NCBI GenBank assembly: GCA_963707505.1
Contig: CAVPQB010000006.1
Span: 160,001 to 224,000 of the forward strand
From: an uncultured Gemmatimonadales bacterium
GTDB lineage: Bacteria > Gemmatimonadota > Gemmatimonadetes > Gemmatimonadales > Gemmatimonadaceae
Direction of reading: 5' to 3'
DNA: 64,000 bases
Shown here: in pieces, positions 39,946-49,298 of the stretch
How positions within the stretch are numbered: position 1 is the first letter of the stretch
Layout of the letters: every line of letters begins with the position of its first letter
Translations under genes and position numbers: made by a program
Notes under the pieces: model-generated
The model's input: only the letters and a program-made list of their open reading frames with translations
Database searches by the model: none
What the model was told of the DNA's origin: nothing

Positions 39946-40243
39946 ATGATCACAGGATTCATTAGCCGAGTAGTTCCGGCAGGCGAGCTGAAGGACGCTC
40001 TGGACGTTGGGACCCAAAGGGTTCGGGCGATCGCTGATCGTGTGTCCAAGGCGTCGCTCCAGAATCAGGACGGCTTCGCTCTTCCGGGCACGCCTGGAGC
40101 TAACGGGGCTGTTACGACCTCGCTCCGGTGTGGACATAGAGAGTGAGATGATCAGTCTGGCCGACGAGCAGCTGCGCTACGAGGCGACATCGAAACTGTT
40201 GTCGAAGGCCTACGATCAGGTTCGAACCGCCCTCAAACCCTGA
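39946..40243 (+). CDS. flgB: Diverged proximal rod protein FlgB (frameshift near 40120)
   Basis: DALD...RVRAIA at the N-terminus; VDIESEMISLADEQLRYEA at the C-terminus; lies before flgC. Confidence 0.75.
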
Positions 40244-40249
40244 TAATCG

Positions 40250-40846
40250 ATGCCTCGTCCAGTCGGATTACTTCCGTCGCCAGCGGCAAACCAGCCACAG
40301 CCGATGTTCCGGTCTCTCGCGATCTCAGCGAGCGGACTGTCGGCGCAGCGGGTTCGCATGGAGACAATCGCATCGAACATCGCAAATGCGGAAACAACGC
40401 ACGACGTAAACGGGCAACCATACCGACGGCGCGTCGCTGTTCTCTCCGCAGGCGACGGTGGGACAACGAACGGCGATCCAGTTGCGCCGGGACAGCCATC
40501 AGGGACTTCGGGCGTGTTCAACGGCGTCAACGCGTTTCAGGTACCGAGCGGCGATTTCCCGGCCGACGGACCGCGTCGCTTCGAGGTGCCGGTGCTCGAG
40601 ACGAACGGGCCGAGTGGCGGTGGCACCGGTGTGCATGTCGCCGGTATCCAGGAAGACAGGACTGACGGGCAACTGGTCTACGATCCGGGACATCCGGATG
40701 CGGACAAGAACGGATATGTGCATTACCCGAACGTGCGGGTGACGGACGAGATGGTGGACATGATGGATGCGCGCCGAGTGTACGAGGCGAACGCCAGCGT
40801 GTTTCAGACGGCGAAGGGAATGCTGAAGCAAGCTCTGAACATTTAA
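40250..40846 (+). CDS. flgC: Basal-body rod protein FlgC
   Basis: SASGLSAQRVRMETIASNIANAETT, PYRRR, YDPGHPDAD, YPNV and YEAN. Confidence 0.95.
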   Translation: MPRPVGLLPSPAANQPQPMFRSLAISASGLSAQRVRMETIASNIANAETTHDVNGQPYRRRVAVLSAGDGGTTNGDPVAPGQPSGTSGVFNGVNAFQVPSGDFPADGPRRFEVPVLETNGPSGGGTGVHVAGIQEDRTDGQLVYDPGHPDADKNGYVHYPNVRVTDEMVDMMDARRVYEANASVFQTAKGMLKQALNI

Positions 40847-40862
40847 GCCACAAGCGACCAGA

Positions 40863-41222
40863 ATGGCGATCAACGGAATTAGCGGCGGCGGGTTCAATCC
40901 ATATGCAACGGGCGTAACGCGTCCGAGTGCGGGCTTGCCGCGCCAGACGACGCAGACGTCGAGCGATGTCGCGGTGGCCGATCCAAAGGCGCTTGCGAAC
41001 GCGATAAAGAGCGACGCGGCGGCCCGAACGGCACAACTGAACTCGGGAACGGCGCCGACTGGCGTGGATCAGGATCTCTGGAGTGTGTTGAGCAAGGAAG
41101 AGCGCTCGTTCTTCATGAAGGCTGGCACGATGGGGCCGTTGACGTACGGCCGCACGAGCTCGTCGCAGAGTCCGGCACCAGCGCCGATTCTGCGTGGCGG
41201 CCGTCTGGACATCAAGGCCTGA
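40863..41222 (+). CDS. Hypothetical protein between flgC and fliE
   Basis: Fills the gap; LWSVLSKEERSFF core and C-terminal RGGRLDIKA. Confidence 0.75.
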   Translation: MAINGISGGGFNPYATGVTRPSAGLPRQTTQTSSDVAVADPKALANAIKSDAAARTAQLNSGTAPTGVDQDLWSVLSKEERSFFMKAGTMGPLTYGRTSSSQSPAPAPILRGGRLDIKA

Positions 41223-41229
41223 GGATCCA

Positions 41230-41556
41230 ATGTCAAATCCAATTGGTGGAATAAGCAGCGCGATCGCGAGCACTGGACTGGACACCGGGGCGAAACAAAT
41301 ACCCGTGTTGCAGGACCGTGGCGGAAGCGCGAGCGGGACGAGTTTCGGCGACACGCTCAAGGGACTCGTCAACAACGTTTCGGACCAGCAGGATGTAGCC
41401 GCCGACTACGCGCAGCGCTTTGCGCGCGGCGAGCCGGTAGAGCTGCATCAGGTGATGGCTGCTTCCGAGGAAGCGTCGATCTCGCTGGAAATGCTGGTAC
41501 AGGTGCGCAACAAGTTTCAGGATGCGTATCGAACGTTGATCAGTATGCAATCGTGA
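41230..41556 (+). CDS. fliE: Hook-basal body protein FliE
   Basis: SFGDTLK, ELHQVM and QVRNKFQDAYRTLISMQ. Confidence 0.93.
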   Translation: MSNPIGGISSAIASTGLDTGAKQIPVLQDRGGSASGTSFGDTLKGLVNNVSDQQDVAADYAQRFARGEPVELHQVMAASEEASISLEMLVQVRNKFQDAYRTLISMQS

Positions 41557-41579
41557 TCGAGAACCGGGGATTATAAGCC

Positions 41580-43163
41580 GTGGCTGACGCAATTCAGGAC
41601 ATGCTCGATCGCATCGGCGGTCGTCAACGTGCCATGTTGTTGATGGTGGGCGTTGGGGTGGCAGCGGTGATTTTCGGTGTATCGAAATGGGCTACGGCGC
41701 CGGACTGGGTACCGGCCTTCACCAATCAGCCGATCGAGACGGTCGGCCAGATGACGGACAAGCTTACGGCTGCCGGAATCGGGTTCAAGCTTGATCGTGG
41801 CGGCAGCGACATTCTGGTGAGTGCCAACGACGTTGCACGTGCACGGGTGACGCTGGCTCAGGCGGGACTACCGTCGGCTGGACGTCCCGGCATGGAGCTA
41901 TTCGATCAGCCATCGTGGGGGATGACCGACTTCACGCAGCGAATCAACTACAGGCGCGCACTCGAAGGCGAGTTGGAGCGCACGATCGGCAAGATGACAG
42001 GGGTGCAGTCGGCGCAGGTTCATCTCGCGCTGCACGAGCAGGCGACGTTCCGTTCACAGGACAAGCCGGCGAACGCGTCCGTGGTATTGAAGACCGGTGG
42101 CGCCGCGCCATCACAGGATGTCGTGCAGGGTATCGCGCATCTTGTGGCGAGCAGCGTGGACGGGATATCGGCGGACCATGTGACGGTACTCGACGATGCT
42201 GGGAGAATGTTATCCACTCCGGACGATGGCTCGATGGCTTCGCTGACGAACGCGCAGCTCTCGACCCAGCGCGAGGTCGAGGGATATCTACAAACGAAGG
42301 CGGAAGGCCTGGTCGATGACATCGTCGGCACTGGCAATGCGCGTGTTCGTGTATCCGCTGCGCTCAACTTCGACAAGATCGAACGGTCATCGCAGCTGGT
42401 AGACCCCGACAAGCAGGCCACCAGCACGGAGCAGCGTTACGAGATCACGCCTGGAGCGCAAGGCGGCGCTGCGTCGTCGAACGTCGCGATGAGCTATGAC
42501 AATTCCAAGATCACCGAGAACTTCTCCGGAGCGATCGGTAATATCAAGAGACTGTCGGTTGCCGTTCTGCTGAATGACCGCATGATTCCGCCGCCGGCCA
42601 ATGCAGGCGCAAACGCGAAGCCGACGTATGTTGCGCGCACTCCGGAAGAGATCGCGCGTGTGGAGTCGCTGATCCGGGGTGCCGTGGGAGCTGACAGTAC
42701 GCGCGGCGACGTCGTCACGGTGGTCGCGACTCACTTCGACGCGGCACCGGTTGCGGAGATGGATAAGGCCCCGCCACAGACGATCATCAATACCGTTCAG
42801 CAGTTCCAGAAGCCCGCGATATCCGTGCTGGCCATTCTGGTGCTCTTCATCGTCGCGATGATGCTGATCAAGGCGATCAAGTCTCTACCGGCATCAAACT
42901 CACGATCGGCCTATGCCCCGCTCGCGCTTCCTGCACCTGGCGGGCAACACTCCAACCAGTTCGCCACCGCGGCGCACGACATGGCGAACGCGATCGCCGC
43001 CAACGCGCATCAACAGCACCAGAGCTACGCAGTTCAGCCTCCGCCTCAACCGCTCGCGTTTCCGGAACAGAACCAAACTCGTGGTCGCGTAGCGGCAACG
43101 ATTGCGGCCAAGCCTGAAGTCTCGACGCGCGTCGTACGCGCGTGGCTGAAGGAAGCCGTATAA
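41580..43163 (+). CDS. fliF: MS-ring protein FliF
   Basis: GMELFD, RALEGELERTI, ASVVLK, HLVASSV and IKRLSVAVL. Confidence 0.95.
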   Translation: MADAIQDMLDRIGGRQRAMLLMVGVGVAAVIFGVSKWATAPDWVPAFTNQPIETVGQMTDKLTAAGIGFKLDRGGSDILVSANDVARARVTLAQAGLPSAGRPGMELFDQPSWGMTDFTQRINYRRALEGELERTIGKMTGVQSAQVHLALHEQATFRSQDKPANASVVLKTGGAAPSQDVVQGIAHLVASSVDGISADHVTVLDDAGRMLSTPDDGSMASLTNAQLSTQREVEGYLQTKAEGLVDDIVGTGNARVRVSAALNFDKIERSSQLVDPDKQATSTEQRYEITPGAQGGAASSNVAMSYDNSKITENFSGAIGNIKRLSVAVLLNDRMIPPPANAGANAKPTYVARTPEEIARVESLIRGAVGADSTRGDVVTVVATHFDAAPVAEMDKAPPQTIINTVQQFQKPAISVLAILVLFIVAMMLIKAIKSLPASNSRSAYAPLALPAPGGQHSNQFATAAHDMANAIAANAHQQHQSYAVQPPPQPLAFPEQNQTRGRVAATIAAKPEVSTRVVRAWLKEAV

Positions 43164-44224
43164 ATGGGAACCGCAGTAGTGCCAGTGGAAGAAAAAAGAG
43201 CGTTGCCAGGCTCACCGCCGCCGATCTGACCGGGCCGCAGAAGGTTGCGGTGCTGTGCATGTCGCTCGGTGCTGACGAAGCGGTGAAGCTGACGCAGTCA
43301 CTCACGCCTGAAGAGGCCGAGGAGATCAGCTTCCATATCGCGCAGATGGAGCAGGTAAGCGCCGGCACCGTCGAAGCCGTGCTGACCGAGTGGATGCAGA
43401 TGGCACTCGCAGTCGATTCGATCGCGCAGGGCGGTATCAGCTATGCCGGTGAGGTTCTGGAGAAGGCGTTCGGAAGTCACAGAGCCAGCGCGACGCTGAC
43501 GCGAATTCAGTCGCAGCTCGCCGATTCCGCGGGATTGCACCGCCTACGCAGTGCCGATCCGCAGCAGCTTGCGACGACGCTGCGCGGCGAGCATCCACAG
43601 ACAATCGCTCTCGTTCTCGCGCACCTGGAGCCGCAGCAGACGGCGACGATACTGCGCGATCTGGACCCATCGCTCGGCGGCGAGGTGATGTATCGCATCG
43701 GCTGCATGGAGAAGGTGGCGCCGGATATGATGTTGCTGGTGGAGAAGGCTCTCAGCAACGAAACCGACCTCAGCTTCACGCGTGGCTTGCGCGCGGCTGG
43801 CGGACCGGACGCGGTTGCGAGCGTACTCAACCATGTCTCCGGCTCGCTGGAGAAAGATTTACTCGATCACATCGGGGAGCGGGACACGCAGCTTTGCGAG
43901 CAGATCAAGAATCTCATGTTCGTCTTCGACGACGTGGGCAAGCTGGACGACCGCTCATTGCAGCGACTGCTCCGCGAGATCGACGCTCGTACTCTTTCAC
44001 TCGCTCTCAAGACTGCGAAGGAAGAAATGCGCGAGCGCATCATGGCCGGCATGTCGGCACGCGCGGTCACGGCACTCAAGGAAGAGATATCGATGCTCGG
44101 CGCCGTCCGTGTCCGCGACGTGGAAGCGGCGCAGGCACAGATCGTCGCGCAGGTTCGGGCGCTCGAAGCGGCCGGAGAAATCACCATTGGTGCCGGAGCT
44201 TCGGAAGATGCGTTCATCGAATAG
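43164..44224 (+). CDS. fliG: Motor switch protein FliG (likely ATG 43164 with a frameshift in the A-run near 43195)
   Basis: GPQKVAVL, EHPQTIALVL, MFVFDD and MSARA. Confidence 0.94.
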
Positions 44225-44880
44225 GCCCGGTGTGCTTGCAGCTGGTGCGCTGCCAGCGAATCCGGCGCGATGGACGCCGGATGACATTGCGACGCTCAAC
44301 TGGACAACAGCCGCCAACACGCAGCCCGAGTCGCAGATCGAGCAGGAAGCGCATGCTCGTATCGAGATTGAGCAGCGCGTAGCAGAGGCGCACTCCGCAG
44401 GATACGACGCCGGAAGGCTCGATGGCGAGTTGGCGGAGGCTACACGCCTGCGCGATGCCGTCGCCGCAACTGAAGCAGGCGCTCGACACGATTCGCGCCA
44501 GCGAATTCAAGTGGCAGGCATGCGTTACCGAAAACATCGCGGCTCTCGCTGTTACTGTCGCGCGTCACATCGTCGGACGTGAACTGCGCACCGACGCTGC
44601 TTCCGTTGCGGATCTGGTCAAGCGCGCGCTGGCGGAATTCCCAATCGATCAGCCGATGCGCGTTCGTGTGAACCCACACGATCTATCACTTCTGTCGCAT
44701 CCTACCCCGACCGGCGGCGAGCCTGTCCCCATCGCGCCGAATCGGGACGTTCGCTGGCTTGCAGATTCGCGCATTCAACCTGGCGGGTGTGTCGTCGAGG
44801 GGCGCGAGCGGATCGTGGACGGGCGCGTCGATACGGCACTTGAACGACTCTATCGAAAGTTGACGGACAATGTTGCTTGA
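44208..44880 (+). CDS. fliH: Export protein FliH (frameshift near 44470)
   Basis: AHSAGYDAGRLDG repeat; VRVNPHDL and GGCVVE. Confidence 0.88.
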
Positions 44881-46204
44881 TACCTTTGCGAGTGTCGTTG
44901 CGGATACGCCGCGATTCGATCGGTATGGCCGCGTCACGCGAGTCGTTGGTCTCGTCATCGAGGCAACGGGCATCGACGTGGGCGTCGGCGAGCTGTGTCG
45001 CGTCACGAGCTTGACGGACGACAGGTCGGTGTTGGCCGAAGTCGTCGGGTTCCACGAAGACAACGTCATCCTGATGCCGCTTGGCGAGCTCGATGGCCTG
45101 CACGCTGGAAGCTTCGTGCAGCCACTCGGTCGCTCCTTCGGTGTCGACGTCGGGCCGTCGCTGCTTGGTCGCGTGCTCAATGGCCTCGGACATCCAATCG
45201 ATGACAAGGGCCCCATCGACTTCACCGACCGCGTTCCGCTTGCGGCCGAGCCTCCCAATCCGCTCGAGCGTCGCATGATCGACGAGCCATTGGAGACGGG
45301 CGTTCGTGCAATCGACGGGATGCTGACGATCGGTCGCGGTCAGCGCGTCGGAATATTCGCCGGATCGGGCGTTGGCAAGAGCACGCTACTCGGCATGATC
45401 GCACGACACGCCAAGGCCGACGTCAACGTAATCGCGCTACTCGGCGAGCGCGGCCGCGAGGTACGTGACTTCATCGAGCACTCGCTTGGCGAGGAAGGAC
45501 TTGCTCGCTCCGTAATAATTGTCGCTACCGGCGACCAGGCAGCGCTGGTTCGTGCTCGCGGCGCGCTCGTGGCGACCGCAATCGCTGAATATTTTCGCGA
45601 TCAGGGCAAGCAGGTGATGCTGATGCTCGATTCAGTTACACGTGTAGCAATGGCGTGGCGCGAGATCGGGCTGGCAACTGGCGAGCCACCGACCACGAAG
45701 GGTTACCCCCCTTCGGTGTTCGCATCACTTCCGCGCCTTCTGGAGCGTGCGGGGAACGCGCGTGTCGGCGGCATCACGGGCATTTACACGGTGCTGGTGG
45801 ATGGCGACGACTTCAACGAACCAGTTGCTGATGCAACGCGCTCCATACTCGACGGTCACATCGTGCTCACTCGCAAGCTGGCATCGGCGGGTCACTTCCC
45901 TTCCATCGACATACTCGAAAGCAAGAGCCGAGTTCGTGATCAGGTAGTGTCATCGGGCCATCGTACGGCCGCGGAAACGATTCTTCGTACCGAGGCAACG
46001 TATCGCGAGAAGGAAGATCTCATCCTCGTGGGCGCGTACCAGAAAGGAACAAGTGCGACGGTGGACTCCGCTGTGGAGCATCGCGACGCGGTGCTGTCCT
46101 TATTGCGGCAGCGTGCGGACGAAACCACGACTATCGGCGAGACCCATGCGACGATGCGCGATCTCGCCGCACGCATCACCGCCTCTAACCGGCAGGCGGC
46201 GTAA
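44870..46204 (+). CDS. fliI: Flagellar export ATPase FliI
   Basis: GIFAGSGVGKS, GERGREV, DSVTR, GYPPSVF and ILDGHIVL. Confidence 0.96.
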   Translation: MLLDTFASVVADTPRFDRYGRVTRVVGLVIEATGIDVGVGELCRVTSLTDDRSVLAEVVGFHEDNVILMPLGELDGLHAGSFVQPLGRSFGVDVGPSLLGRVLNGLGHPIDDKGPIDFTDRVPLAAEPPNPLERRMIDEPLETGVRAIDGMLTIGRGQRVGIFAGSGVGKSTLLGMIARHAKADVNVIALLGERGREVRDFIEHSLGEEGLARSVIIVATGDQAALVRARGALVATAIAEYFRDQGKQVMLMLDSVTRVAMAWREIGLATGEPPTTKGYPPSVFASLPRLLERAGNARVGGITGIYTVLVDGDDFNEPVADATRSILDGHIVLTRKLASAGHFPSIDILESKSRVRDQVVSSGHRTAAETILRTEATYREKEDLILVGAYQKGTSATVDSAVEHRDAVLSLLRQRADETTTIGETHATMRDLAARITASNRQAA

Positions 46205-46206
46205 CG

Positions 46207-46647
46207 ATGTTTCGATTTCGTCTTCAGCAGGTTCTGGATCTCAGAGAGAAGCAGGAGCGTCATCTCGCAACTCAACTCGCCGCCGCTATCGGAGCTGAGC
46301 GCGAGGCGAAAGACGCGCTCAACGGCCTCCGCGCGGAACGGGAAGCTGGCTCCGAGGTCGTGAAGGAAGGTCAGAGCCATTCGGTTGGCGAGCTTGCGAA
46401 TCTCGCATTCATGATGCAGCAGCTCGATGACAGAATCGCCGGAGCGAACGATACAGTCAGCGCTGCGAATAGTAGTGTCTCGCAGGTGCAGGAAGCACTT
46501 ACCGCAGCGTTCAAGGATCGCCGCGTTCTGGATCGTCTTCGTGAGCGGCACGAAGAGACATATCGCGCAACTGCGGAGCAGACAGACCGGAGAGCAATGG
46601 ATGACATCGCGCTCTCGCGCTTCGTGCACAACGACAACGGGCAATGA
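46207..46647 (+). CDS. fliJ: Export protein FliJ
   Basis: FRFRLQQVLDLRE, a coiled coil and MDDIA; follows fliI. Confidence 0.9.
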   Translation: MFRFRLQQVLDLREKQERHLATQLAAAIGAEREAKDALNGLRAEREAGSEVVKEGQSHSVGELANLAFMMQQLDDRIAGANDTVSAANSSVSQVQEALTAAFKDRRVLDRLRERHEETYRATAEQTDRRAMDDIALSRFVHNDNGQ

Positions 46648-47328
46648 AGAAACTCTTAATTCCATTCATCGCGTCATTCGGCCTGAGCCTCGGTATCGCG
46701 ACCGGCGTAGTGATGGTTCGCGCGCCAAAGCCGGTGGTTTCAGCGACAACCGACAAGGTGGCGGCGGCAAATCAGAAGCCGGATTCCGCCGTAACTGCGA
46801 AGGACAGCGTTACAACGCTGGCGACCGACTCGGCCAACTCCGTCAGCGCGGTGTCAACTGCGCAGACAGCCAGTGCGAATGGCGCGGGCTCTTCTGGCGC
46901 AGGCATTTCGCCTGGAGCAGCAGCCGGCTCCGGTCGCCGCCGCGACGGCGCCAGCCAGTCATGATGTGGCGCCTGGGCCGGATAAGGCGCCCAAATCGGG
47001 GCCGCCAGGTTCTGCGACGCGAGCACCGAGTGTGAAGCTCGCCTCGACTGCCCCGTCCGGCAGCGCTGCACCCAAGCCGGTGATTCCGACTGTGAGGCCA
47101 GCGACGGACTCGCTCATCGGCCGACGCCTCGCGCAGGTATTTGGCGCGATGCAGCCAAAGGATGCCGCGCGTGTCCTCGAGCAGATGGATGACAACGACG
47201 TTCGCGCGATACTGGGCTCGCTATCGAGCAAGCAACAGGCCGCCATCCTTGGATCCTTTCCGACTCAACGAGCCGCACTCATCCTGCAGGCAACGCTGCG
47301 CACGGCATCTAGCGGCGGCACGGAATGA
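46644..47328 (+). CDS. MotE/YlxF-like protein with MgtE_N-like C-terminus (frameshift near 46930)
   Basis: N-terminal hydrophobic helix; LAQVFGAMQPKDAARVLEQM and QAAILG; lies between fliJ and fliK. Confidence 0.8.
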
Positions 47329-48927
47329 ACATGCTACCGGTCAACTTCGCCTCTGCAGAACCGACATCGGTCGAGCCGGCGTCGTCATCGCGCTCCAAGC
47401 GCGACGCGGAAGGTCCGAGCACGTCGGGTACGAATGCATTCGCCGCCACCCTCGCAACAGCGATGCATGCGCCCGCCGCTCACGCCGCGAAGCTAAAGAA
47501 GGAAGGCGCTGATTCCGAGCTCGACGCGCGTACATCCAGCGCTGCATCCAATGCTGCATCCAGTGCTGCATCCAATGCTGCATCCAATGCTGCATCCAAG
47601 ACCGGCGCGTCTGGCGTCGGCACTGGGGCTCACGCCGGAAAGCCGGCCTTCGCTGCAGCCGCGGAAGCGCGCGCAGCCGCGGCCGCTGCTCCCGTCGACA
47701 GCCCCAACGCCGACGCCGACGCGCTCAATCCGGACTTCCGCACGCGGCTTGCCCGCGTGGTGAGTCGAATGCACGATGAGTTTGGCAAGGACGTCGATCT
47801 CGTTGAAGGATTCAGAACTCAGTCGCGACAGGATCACCTCTACGATCAGGGACGCGTGAGTCCTGGCGAGGTCGTGACCTGGACCAAGGCGAGCAAGCAC
47901 ACGCTCGGGCTCGCGGCAGACGTCACCATCGACGGGGGATACACCGACACCGCGGGTTTCCAGCAGCTGGCGCAGATCGCCGCGCAGGAAGGACTTCGCA
48001 CACTCGGTCCAAAGGATCCGGGTCACATCGAAATGCCGACGCGCGGAGGAGCAGCTGCGTGGGGCGACGCCAATCCCATCGACAGTGTGAACATCGATGA
48101 CAATGTGTCTCGCGCAATCGGTATCGCCATGGATCAGAGCAATGTGACCGGCAATGCGCACGACGACAGCGACAGTCTCAACAACTTCAATGGCCTGCTC
48201 AGCAGAGTTGGCCGCAGTACGTCTACTGGAATGCCGCAGATCCAGATGCCAATGATGTCCGGTAGCGGAATGGCCGGCAACGGAATGACCGGTAACGGTG
48301 GTGGAATGTCCGGCAACATGTCTCAGCGCGATCGTGGAGACAGTCTGAAGGATAGCGCCATATCTGGCGACACGGCGAAAGTCGCCGACGTCGCAAGCGT
48401 TGCATCGGTTGCTCAGGTAGCGCAGGTGGCACACGTCGCTGCGCCGGCGCAACCGATGGTCATCGGGGCGCAGATGCCTCAGACCGTACAGGTAGCCAGC
48501 GGTACGGATGCCGCCGACAAGGTCGGCAAGCTGCTGGATGCGCGCGACGCGGCACCAGCGCAACCGCTCTCGCAGGTGACCCTCAACGTCGACAACGCAG
48601 CCGGCGGTTCTGACAAGATCACGGTTCAGCTGCGTGCCGGCGTCGTGGACACGGCAATATCAGTTGGCAGATCCGAATCGCGCAGACAAGATGTCGTTGC
48701 GTGTCGGAGAATTGCAGCACGCATTGGAGCAGCACGGACTGGATGCAACGGCTATCAACGTCGCATCCACGTCGGCTGGCTCAGGGCCGGGATGGAACCC
48801 GCGCCAAGGCAGCGATCAGAGCGCCCAGAACGGGCGCCCTTCGCTCAATTACCGGGACAACCGACAGGACGCGGATGCGACCCGACAGCGCTCTCGTAGA
48901 GAGCAGCAGGGAGGAAGACAGAAATGA
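47325..48927 (+). CDS. fliK: Hook-length control protein FliK with an internal M15C-type peptidase domain (frameshift near 48665)
   Basis: fliK position before flgD; low-complexity ruler region; C-terminal VTLNVD...ITVQL...ELQHALEQHGL. Internal EGFRT..RQ..LY.QGR...VT...SKH..GLAAD...DPGH. Confidence 0.82.
47533..47600 (+). repeat. 12-bp in-frame tandem repeat (GCTGCATCCAAT, 5 copies plus a partial) in fliK
   Basis: Encodes AASN/AASS/AASK units. Confidence 0.95.
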
Positions 48928-49256
48928 TTACCGCGCCCACTGGCGGCATCGCCCCGATGCGTGACACGAACGCACCGAACTCCTCGTCGGGTTCGGCAAG
49001 CAACGCGATCACCAACGCAGCAGGCGGTGCTATGGGAAAGGACCAGTTCGTCAAGTTGCTCGTGACGGAAATGCAGAACCAGGATCCTATGAATCCGATG
49101 GACGGAAAGGATCTCGCTGCGCAGCTGGCGCAGTTCTCGAGCGTCGAGCAGTTGATGAACATCAACACCAAACTCGACAACTTCGCTACGCTGTTCGCGC
49201 CGGCGACCCCGAATTCGGGCTCAACGGCCTCGAACTCATCGACCGCGGGCGCGTAA
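48924..49256 (+). CDS. flgD: Hook capping protein FlgD (short, N-terminal domain only)
   Basis: GKDQFVKLLVTEMQNQDPMNPMD and QLAQFSSVEQL. Confidence 0.93.
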   Translation: MITAPTGGIAPMRDTNAPNSSSGSASNAITNAAGGAMGKDQFVKLLVTEMQNQDPMNPMDGKDLAAQLAQFSSVEQLMNINTKLDNFATLFAPATPNSGSTASNSSTAGA

Positions 49257-49298
49257 GCGCCTGAATGACCATACACACACTCATAGGACTTTAACGAC

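Noticed and set aside
47341..47595. Minus-strand ORF with a striking MQHW x5 repeat
   Set aside because: It is the antisense reading of the 12-bp repeat in fliK, with no independent support.
47718..48035. Prophage remnant as the explanation for the endolysin-like M15 domain
   Set aside because: No holin, integrase or other phage gene is nearby, and the domain is in frame inside a flagellar operon gene. An ancient phage origin is not excluded.
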